From: Bugula neritina
Lineage: Eukaryota; Animalia; Bryozoa
DNA: 21,248 nt
Assembly (NCBI GenBank): GCA_964035545.1
Contig: CAXIUT010000223.1
Coordinates: 1 to 21,248 of the forward strand
Direction of reading: 5' to 3'
Below are positions 12,494-21,248 of the stretch, piece by piece. Positions within the stretch are counted from its first letter, which is position 1; every line of letters begins with the position of its first letter. The notes beneath the pieces were generated by a model, which saw nothing but the letters and a program-made list of their open reading frames with translations, did not search any database and was not told the origin of the DNA. The position numbers were made by a program, and so were the translations under genes.

Positions 12494-13228
12494 ATGTTAG
12501 CTTCAAATTGTACAGCACAGTCAATAGTTCTCAAAAAATACCTAGTAAAAAGAAAGAAAATGCAGTAAGATAACTTCACTTAACACTCTAATATATTTCA
12601 TCCAACCATGGACCTTCAATCATCGCTTCTCTATTCAAAAAGCAATATAAAATAATATTAAACACTTCCAACAACACTTGGCAACGAATCAATTATCATG
12701 AACAATTAATAAACAATCTAAAGTATTCATTTGCCTAATAAACATCACATTTTACCCAAATTATCACTTCCGTCTAAAGTTGATATGAGTCAATCTGTTT
12801 TTCAAACCATACAGCCACATACATAGAAATATAAAGCTAAAGATCTGACCAGACATGTTTCAGATCCTTTTCAACATCGGCTAGAAAAGAATCTTCCAAA
12901 AAGAACTCAATAAAAACATCAAATGTACAAAAAGATGTGGTTTAGAAGATAAACTCAAAGAAAAGGTAAAAGTTTATTGACCAGATCTTTTGAGAAATCA
13001 GTAGATAATGTCGAACTTATAGCTAAAGATGGAGAAATAAGAAAGAAACCAATAAAGTTAGAAGATATGGTTAGAGATAACATAAAATAAAAAACTATTA
13101 TTATTCCAGCCAAGATAGAACCATCGATTGAAGGTATAAAAGGAAGAGGAGGGAAGAAAGTAGTCCCTATTTTCTAAGAAGTAAAAATAGTTGAGGAAGT
13201 TTATAAATTTGATAAGGGACATGATTGA
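12494..13228 (+). CDS. Hypothetical protein, 244 aa
   Basis: 245-codon frame from ATG to TGAT, flanked by AT-rich spacers; no motif recognised. Confidence 0.7.
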
Positions 13229-13308
13229 TTAATTGTTGTTTTTGATACCTGATGATATGACTCATAACCTTGATTATTAATAAAATTTAAAGTTTAAATA
13301 TGTGCTGA

Positions 13309-13682
13309 TCACTGTTTCTTGACTTTCTTTTCCTTCTTTTCTTTCTTTTATTTCTTTTCTGGTTCTTCTTTGACGGGGTTAGCCAAGTCTTCCTTGAGTT
13401 TTTTAAGTCGGTTCATTGTCACTTTAGCTGTAGTAGCAACGCTAGTGGCGAACTCATAGGCTCCTCCAGCGAAGGTAATTTTGCATCCCTTGCATTTCCA
13501 GATGCCAGCAGCAGCTCTTTTGACTTGTTGCTAAATGAATAGAAAAGTACCTTTCCGCACTTAGGGCAGACGTATTTAGCTCTTTGCTGGAGCTCGAACT
13601 TCTTTACGATCTTTCTGATGGCACCACCATATCTGGTTCCGTACTTGCCTGTCACACCAGCCTTTCTTGTTCTTTTTGCCAT
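13309..13682 (-). CDS. RPL37A: 60S ribosomal protein eL43 (L37a), 117 aa; 20-nt intron at 13531-13550
   Basis: [19 protein letters not shown]...CPKCGK|[16 protein letters not shown]...FAGGAY, followed by an (EKK)4 tail. Confidence 0.98.
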
Positions 13683-13736
13683 TAATCAATTAATATATTA
13701 AATATTAAATAAATTAATACCCTTTAAATCAATTCT

Positions 13737-14108
13737 TCAACTCTTCCCCTTAGTCTTCCGAATCACAACTGGATCCTCTTTTATTGGTTCAGGAGGAATA
13801 AAGCTGCTACGAACAGGATTATCCTTATTCTTTCTCCAATTCTTTAAGATATTCATCTGAACGCTCATGTCACTTAACTTAGTCTTTTCACACAATATCA
13901 CCTCTTCTTCTTGAGGTCTACATACTTTTCGATTGAACTCTGTTGTAGATAAGCAATTTGTGTAGTTAGTATATTCCTGGCCGCATGGACCCTTGTATTT
14001 TGGATCTTCCTTATCAGTTCCTATTTTGTTTCGACATGTTCCTGGCTCTCCAAAATATCTTTGGTGATTTTCTCCTTTGTTTTAACGAGGATTGAAGTTG
14101 TAAGACAT
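13737..14108 (-). CDS. Twin CX9C (CHCH) mitochondrial protein, possibly mS37/CHCHD1-like, 123 aa
   Basis: C-GQEYTNYTN-C-LSTTEFNRKV-C-RPQEEEVIL-C = CX9C-X10-CX9C. Confidence 0.75.
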
Positions 14109-14229
14109 TGAAAATCAATACAATCTCAATTAATAAATATATGTGCCATTGTTTAATTAGGTTTTAATTCTCTTAATTTTATGGTAATTAGCTAATATTG
14201 TTATTTCTTGTATATTAAAAAAACATTCA

Positions 14230-15525
14230 ATGTAGAAAGATCCATAAGTCGAACAAAAGCCAAACTAAACCAACAAAATTTAATAAGAATAAAAATAAGT
14301 TATCAAAGTTGATGAATTGAAGCAGAATACTTGTCAACGTTATATTCAAAGAAAGAAAAGGATGTGTAAATTTATAGCTTTAAATGGTTCAAAATACTGT
14401 CCTAATCATTGCAGTGATATGTAGGATAAAGTATAATGTCCACATGAAAAAGGATGTTTTGTCCAGGCAAGCAAACTATAAAAGCATTTAAAAAGCTGTC
14501 CCAAATTAGTAAATCAACAACTATAAGCCAAAAGTAAATGGTATTCCAAAGATATCAACAAAACATAAGATAAAATATAACCATAACATGCTCTCTAAAT
14601 GCCAAATTTGGCACTCATAACAGACGAAATCATGTCAAATATGGTCAACAGAGTTATCAATATTTACCAAAAACATTTCTAACCAATAGAATCTATACAT
14701 TTTATCTAAAGTACTCACTGCTAAAAATAATAAGATACAACTAATGATCATCTTCAATCTAAGTTGATCACTCAAAAAGCATATGAGAATAAACTTATTA
14801 GTCCAGATTTTGTCTATGTTGAGTTTGGAGCAGGAAAAGGTATACTATCTTATACGATTGCCAACAAAATAAAGGAAGAATTCAATAGTCATAGTAAAAA
14901 TATCTTATTGGAAAGGGAATCAAGAAGAAATAAGTTTGATAGATTCTTCAAGAATAATCCATATTTTCAAAGATATAAAGGTGATGTTTCCAACTTTGAT
15001 TTCAAAACCTTACCAGCTACAATGGCGCAAACTGCAGTCGAAAAGTGTTCACTTTCAATAGATCCAGAATAAATATAAAAAACAATCTTCAAGTTGGAAT
15101 TGATAGGAGTTTGTAAACATATGTGCGGGTAGGCTTTGGATATTTCGATGAGAGGATTGCTCCAAGGCAACGCCAAAGGATGTATATTGGCATCTTGCTG
15201 CCATCATCTCTGTCGATATCACACCTACCTCAACCCAACTTTCTTCTAGCAGGAAGGACTAAACCAAGAATAAATACAAATATTGTTCAGAATGTCAAGT
15301 TGGGGTACCAAGGCACATTGCTTTGATCAGCTTTAACCTTCTCTATTCTAGTAAATCAAGAAGAAAGGGTATATATTGATGTAGCCAGAAGAAAAGATTC
15401 TAGTGGGGCGAATGTGTAAGAGACTAATCGATTTGGGAAGAGCAGAATATTTAAAAGGACGATTATATAGATACTGTTCGGATCAGCTAACTCCTTAAAA
15501 CTATGTCATTATTAGTCGCAACTGA
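14230..15525 (+). CDS. TRM13: tRNA:m(4)X 2'-O-methyltransferase, 431 aa, intronless
   Basis: N-terminal CCCH finger (CQRYIQRKKRMC...YCPNH) and second finger (KHLKSC); VEFGAGKGILS, KHMCG.ALD, ASCCHH, CKRLIDLGR, TP(TAA=E)N. Confidence 0.95.
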
Positions 15526-15585
15526 TTTGTTTATTTTTATAAAAGTTATTTATACTGACTATTAATAATAAGTATAATATATCTT

Positions 15586-16278
15586 TCATTTTTGTCTTGA
15601 TAGACTTTTAGCTTTGAGAATTTTCTTTTATTGCTTGGCCTATTAGTTTGAATAATTTCTGAACATGCTATTTTGTCTCCTAGATATTCTACATTTTATT
15701 TCCATATAGAATTTATTTTAAGGATTGCTTGGTCTTGGTCCAGGAGTTTGCACTTTTCTTGGGGTAAAGTTAGTTTCCTTCATACTTTGATAGGTTCTAC
15801 TTTTAAAGGTTCTTCTAGCTTCTTAAATTTATAAAAATTATTGAAGAGCATTTCTACTTGAGACTTGAGGAGACAGTTTGACAAAAGAATGAATAGCTAA
15901 TTTCTTCATTAAATTTTAATTTTTATCTTAATCAAGCATAATATCAATTTTACTCGGGTTAATTATTTTGACGTTACGACTTGACTGATATTTATTACTT
16001 CTTGTCATCTTGCTATTTTATCTACATTTTTTATGTGAACATGTCTTCTCTTAACTCTACAAAACTGAAACCGAAAGATCAGTATTGCAAACAACAAATG
16101 AGGCTCTTTATTGCAAGTGATCAATATTAATCAATCTATGTTAGTATAAAGCTGAATTGCTGTAGTTGAGAGGAGTGACAGATAGTTCTTGAGAATTAAC
16201 TATTCTAGGTTACAACCTGAGTGAATTGTTATCTTTGTTGAAGTAGTGTGAGGACCTTGATTTCACTTTATTGCTCAT
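15586..16278 (-). CDS. Hypothetical basic protein, 230 aa
   Basis: 231-codon open frame filling the space between AT-rich spacers; no motif. Confidence 0.65.
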
Positions 16279-16366
16279 TTATATTTAGTTAATATATATT
16301 AAGATGAGTGACATTAATATGAATTAAGTATTATTATGTAAGAATTAGCTGTTAGATAAAATGCAA

Positions 16367-17173
16367 TCAAATCATATATTTACTTTTAGCTTTGCTTATT
16401 CTTTGACTGTGTTCTGTTTTATATCGTTTTAATATTTTTTTTTATTATTAGAATAAATTGTTACCCATTTTTAGCTTAATTCTTGAATTTTTGTCTTCGT
16501 TTATTTATCTAGTTATTGCTCTTTTCTTTATTTTCAACTATTTTTATATTTTTTAATCTAATTTATCAAAGAAATGATCATAATCTCTACTTTTATGCAT
16601 TTTTAAACAAAATTAATAAAGAAAAGATGAGACATGTTATGACTAAACAAGATAACTACTTATATAAGTTGATAATAGTGCCTAATTAACTTCTTTCTTA
16701 GTTGCACATACTTATTATAACTTATCCCTTTTCTAATTCATTACCAATTTTTACAACTACAAATTTTATTTCTAAAGATCTACTATTATACTTCTCAAAT
16801 GTCTAATTTCCTTCTTAGCCTAAATGATTTCCTTAAAAACTTTTTATAACTCACTCTCAGATTATTTTACACGAATAGTCATCTTCTGCAAAAGTTACTT
16901 ATTATCAGATATATTCAACTACTACATCTTCTTCTCATCTGCTATCTTCTTCAACTCACTTCTCGCATGTTATAATTGCTATAAATTTCTCATCTAAATA
17001 AAATCGATTATCACATTGCAATGAGATATCCTCGAAGCGTATCTATTCTGGATAGATACTTTGTCAAGCAAGGTGTTTAATTTAGAAGTGAACTACATGT
17101 GATTAACTAGTGGAAGTTTTGAATCTTAGGATTGAGATTGGTCAAGAGTAAATCGTTTAGTTATCTTTCTCAT
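16367..17173 (-). CDS. Hypothetical coiled-coil protein, 268 aa
   Basis: 269-codon frame; E/K/L heptad-like segments once TAR=Glu. Confidence 0.72.
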
Positions 17174-17301
17174 TTTTATTTTATCATTCAGATCATTAAA
17201 TAACTGATATTATTCAATAATTCAAATTTGAATATATTTAATGATAGTTATATCGAAGCGCTATTTATGCTATTTTAATTGATAATATTTACTTAAATCA
17301 C

Positions 17302-17850
17302 ATGTAGCATCTACAGCAAGACGAATTAGACTCAAAAAAATGCAGCTAAATTCTTCTTTTCATGAAGGATCATCGATAACTAACAGTTAAGTAGTGTTTG
17401 AACCTCTACCTGTAAACAACCATCTAACATTAAGAGGAAAACTATCATCAAATGGTTGTTCAAATTAAAGATAAAATCGGATAAATGGTAGAAAGAGTTC
17501 AGAATTGACAAGTTTGATAAAAATGATTGCTTTTTAGTTATTTTTAAACATTTTTCTAACTCAAATTGAATATTAAGAACTCAAAAATATCAAACTTTTA
17601 AATATAATTAAGATGAATAAACTTGAAGAAAAGGTTTTGAGAATGAAAATTCTCCTTTGATGGAGCTATATATTTAAAAAGAAGAAAAAAATAGACTAGT
17701 TCGAAATAGAATATCATGTTTTTTTGTGCTTAAAAGGAACAAATTGAAATAATAAAAAAGAAATTAGACCATCTTGATTTTAAAATTTTAGTTTCTTAAA
17801 GTAAAAAATGAATTTGAGATAGTTTATTAATAAAGAAAGTTGATAGTATT
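17302..17850 (+). pseudogene. Short ORF (17302-17508) followed by disrupted coding-like sequence; possible decayed gene
   Basis: MEHLQQDELDSKK...VQN*, then coding-like stretches broken by TGAs. Faint resemblance (DKF..IF..KYQ, FEIVYEE) to the 18611 gene. Confidence 0.3.
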
Positions 17851-17896
17851 CTCTATTGAAATAAACTTTTAATAGAAATTATAACATACGTTTAGA

Positions 17897-18436
17897 ATGC
17901 CTCGAGGGCACCGTAGAACCCAGTCTAACACAATCACGATCAGCTCCTCTCTCTTCTCTGACAGTCCCTCCACCCCGTCCTCAAAAGAATCTCCCACTGG
18001 CTACCACTAAATCACCAAATTACTGGCTCAATCAAATGATAAGATGAAGGAAAAGGTTAGTACAGTTGATGTTTTAAACGTTCAAAGGACAGGAGATAAC
18101 AGTCTTTTCTGTTTCGGTAAGAGTAGCAAAGAGAAAAAAGAAAATACAAGGAAATCATATATGGGAGAAGAATATATGTTGTCTATTCCTGAAGGAAAAT
18201 AAACTTTCCATCAAAAATAAAACTCAAAAACAGATTTATACAAAGAAAATCCATTCAGTAAAAAATAAAAAACAGGAATAGGCATTACTTAGAGACCCAT
18301 CAAACCTTAAAGATTTCCCTTCTCAAACACTTTTAACGTCTGCTCACCTCAACATTCTAAAAGAATTCAAAATTCAATGATTTTCTTGAACAAAAAAGAC
18401 AATAAAACCATCAAAAAGATAACAACTGATCTATGA
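17897..18436 (+). CDS. Hypothetical Ser/Lys-rich, likely disordered protein, 179 aa
   Basis: MPRGHRRTQSNTI... 180-codon frame ending TGAT. Confidence 0.75.
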
Positions 18437-18610
18437 TTTTTTATGATCAATTCTTCTTTAATCAATCATCAAATACTACATTTAATATGTTGCAGACTTA
18501 ATTGAATATAAATTTGATTTAATAGAATATGAAATCAATTAATTAGAATATCAAAACTACTCAAATTATCAATTTAACTACCATAGCGCCATAATATAAC
18601 ACTTAGTTCA

Positions 18611-19161
18611 ATGAAAAAAAATCACTTTTACGTGAATAAACATCAAGCATAACAATACATCCTGGATGAATGCTTTTTCTAAGATCTTTAGTTTGACCTT
18701 ATACCTAATCAATAGTAACAATCTAATGATTTAGACTCCATGAACAGTTCTTCTCATCATTCATTGACATGCAAATCTCTTTGAAAGACCTCAATACTCC
18801 ATACCTTCACTATTTTGATGAGTTCTAATTCGACCTGCCAAGAGCCAGTGATAAATTCAATATGAATACGTGGATGTATATCTTCTACAACATCATGAAT
18901 GAAAAGTATCAGCTTTATGCTGCTCAAAAATTGTACTATCTAGATATTTGTAGAACTGAAAGTGGTCTTCTTTTGCATGAAAAGAATAAAATATGGGTGA
19001 AAAAGGAGTAGAAAAAATCCAGATACATGTATTTCAATCTTAACAGGTGGCAATTTGAAGTCTATGTCTAAAAGTTTGTCATTGAAGAATTTTTGAATAA
19101 AGAAGATATCACTAACGCCAGAAAAATCAATGAAGATAAATATAAAATGAAGAAGGAATGA
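18611..19161 (+). CDS. Hypothetical protein; 20-nt intron at 18715-18734; may start at 18487 if the A8 run at 18614-18621 carries an indel
   Basis: Removing GTAACAATCTAATGATTTAG joins two otherwise TGA-blocked frames into one ORF. Confidence 0.7.
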
Positions 19162-19401
19162 TTGTAGTGTGTGCTATTATGTTAAATTTGTGAGATTTTA
19201 TTGTAATGATTAATTCATAATAATAAAAATCTGAGAAATCATTTAAATCAAATCAAAGACTAATAGTTCAACTTCTTTTATGTTGGAAATCACATATATG
19301 TGATTTTAGATAAAAAATAAAAAATAAATGTAAAAAATGAACATAATTGATCAGAAAAGTCAGACTTTAATGACCATTATATGAAAATTGATTACATAAT
19401 A

Positions 19402-20937
19402 ATGATGAAAGCTTTCACAGGTTCAAGAAACACAGCAGGATTTTCAGCCTGTCTACCCGCTTATACTCCTCAGATATATAATACTCCAAGTGCAACACTT
19501 CCTCCTCACACTCATCTTACCTATGAAGGGACATTCAATGAGCTAAGATTCAATGTAGGTCCTAAGACAGACAAACAGGTGGATATTCATCATGGCTATT
19601 CTCGTTTTCAATTTGCATAAAGTAAGTTCGATAACTAGATTCATGATTACTTGGCTTTGTTTTTCAAAGGAAAGTTAGATGGAGAGCCTAGAGAAGAAGG
19701 GAAAAAGCTCAATTCAGTGATCTGCCTTGACATATCGGGGTCTATGAACGATCCTCTAGACAAACAGCACAGATAGCAAAGCAGACTTAGTTTAAGTATT
19801 GAAGCTATCAAGATGTTCATTTCCAAGTTGAGACAAGATGACTCAGTTGGAATGGTAATTTTCAATGACTCTGCGGATATAGTGTTCGATCCTATTCTCA
19901 AACAAGACATCGATTCAAGTATTTTCAAGCGCTTGGATAAGATCAAAGCTGGAGGAGGCACTACTATTATCGATGGCTTTAACCTCTCCAAATCCTTACT
20001 TCAAATATAAATGCTTGGCCAAGAAGAAGAAAGCGACTATTAGAACAGAATCATTATGCTTTCCGATGTCTGTGATAATAGCATTAACCAAAGAATTAAC
20101 CATATTCAAAAGACAGCTCGTGAATAGAACGTTCATCTGACCATTGTTGGCATTTCTACAGAGTTCAACTCTCACACTTGCGAAGCTCTCAAAGATACGA
20201 AAGGGTTCAACTATTTCAGTGCAGTCAATAAAGACGATATTATGAAATATCTCTTTGACACATTTGACTATGCCTTCTTCCCATCCTCTTCCAACATTAA
20301 AGTCACTCTCGAGTCAGATGATCTCAAAAGAATTTAAGTTTTCGGAAGTCCTGATGCAGAAAAGCTATTTCCAGAATAAAAAAAGTTAGATCCCATCAAA
20401 TAAAATTAAAAAGAAGAAACGACTGAAAGTATTTCAGACAATTCCTTTTTGGTTACTGAAATACAATCAAGTTTCCCGTCATAAATATAAATTTAAAACA
20501 ACTAAATTTTCACTGTCGGAGGACTAATCTTAATTAAACTTCACAAAAAATCAAAAAGCTCATCATTCAAAGGAAAGATCAAAATAACCTATGAAGATAT
20601 GCAAGGCAAAGCTTATAGTCAAAACTATGACCTCAACTATGAATTCCATCCTGAAGAACAATTCTATAGCAGCTAGTGCTTAAGAGAAGCTGTATCTGGC
20701 TTTGTCTTCACCTCTGAGCTGAAAAATATCCTCAAAAATAGTTCTAAAATGGATAAGAAATAAATTCATGACACTTACTATCCAATGCTGTGCAACTTGG
20801 AAGCTATCACTCCTAAAAAAAGACTTGATGACTTTTAGAAAATAAAAGATATGATCAAAAACTATCATGAAAATAACTAAAATAAAGTAAAAGAAATAAC
20901 TTAATAAGTCCCAATAGAAAAAGTCAAAGTTTAGTGA
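19402..20937 (+). CDS. von Willebrand factor A domain protein, about 511 aa, intronless (alternative ATG at 19381)
   Basis: MIDAS motif VICLDISGSM, VGMVIFN, AGGGTTI and Y(TAG=E)NRIIMLSD in one frame to TGA 20937. Confidence 0.92.
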
Positions 20938-21040
20938 TTCACAACCAATCATTATTAATATTTATCAATATTATTCATTCATTATTTTAATTAATATATT
21001 TACCTATTTCATATTAATTTGAATTATTCTTATCAAATGA

Positions 21041-21248
21041 TGGGGTTGGGGTTGGGGTTGGGGTTGGGGTTGGGGTTGGGGTTGGGGTTGGGGTTGGGGT
21101 TGGGGTTGGGGTTGGGGTTGGGGTTGGGGTTGGGGTTGGGGTTGGGGTTGGGGTTGGGGTTGGGGTTGGGGTTGGGGTTGGGGTTGGGGTTGGGGTTGGG
21201 GTTGGGGTTGGGGTTGGGGTTGGGGTTGGGGTTGGGGTTGGGGTTGGG
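21041..21248 (+). repeat. Telomere, (TTGGGG)n, about 35 perfect units
   Basis: Uninterrupted G4T2 array reaching the sequence end, G-strand running 5'->3' outward. Confidence 0.99.

Noticed and set aside
12622-12631. ATCGCTTCTC matching the U2 snRNA 5' end
   Set aside because: Similarity stops after 10 nt and lies inside a CDS.
8529-15525. URM1, TRM13 and eL43 as a translation/tRNA-modification cluster tied to the code change
   Set aside because: Non-adjacent housekeeping genes in different pathways; chance co-location is sufficient.
2558-20952. Most ORFs in the supplied track (e.g. 2558-2755, 2939-3193, 5483-5677, 5486-5719, 14967-15176, 15123-15326, 19647-19991, 20680-20952)
   Set aside because: Computed with TAA/TAG as stops; they are wrong-frame or antisense shadows of real genes.
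1-21248. Tetrahymena identity and the UAR=Gln code suggested by the TTGGGG telomere
   Set aside because: TAR codons sit at conserved Glu sites including a Zn ligand, and 20-nt introns are not Tetrahymena-like.

Overview
End of a gene-dense ciliate macronuclear chromosome, capped by a pure (TTGGGG)n telomere (21041-21248). The supplied ORF track is misleading because it treats TAA and TAG as stops. Here both are sense codons that fall at conserved glutamate positions (peritrich code, NCBI table 30), and TGA is the only stop. Re-translated by hand, the window holds about 17 intact or near-intact genes, mostly 50-130 bp apart: S10 serine carboxypeptidase (partial), MFS sugar transporter, cytosolic carboxypeptidase, VAP/MSP protein, RING-HC protein, URM1, eL43/RPL37A, a twin-CX9C protein, TRM13, a vWA protein and several orphans. 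It also has seven tiny spliceosomal introns (six exactly 20 nt, each with an A at -6), a strong TGA-T stop context, and a tandem family of signal-peptide + multi-TM genes (one intact copy, three decaying). A GC-rich structured element sits at about 2055-2150. All translations and alignments were done by eye; no searches were run.
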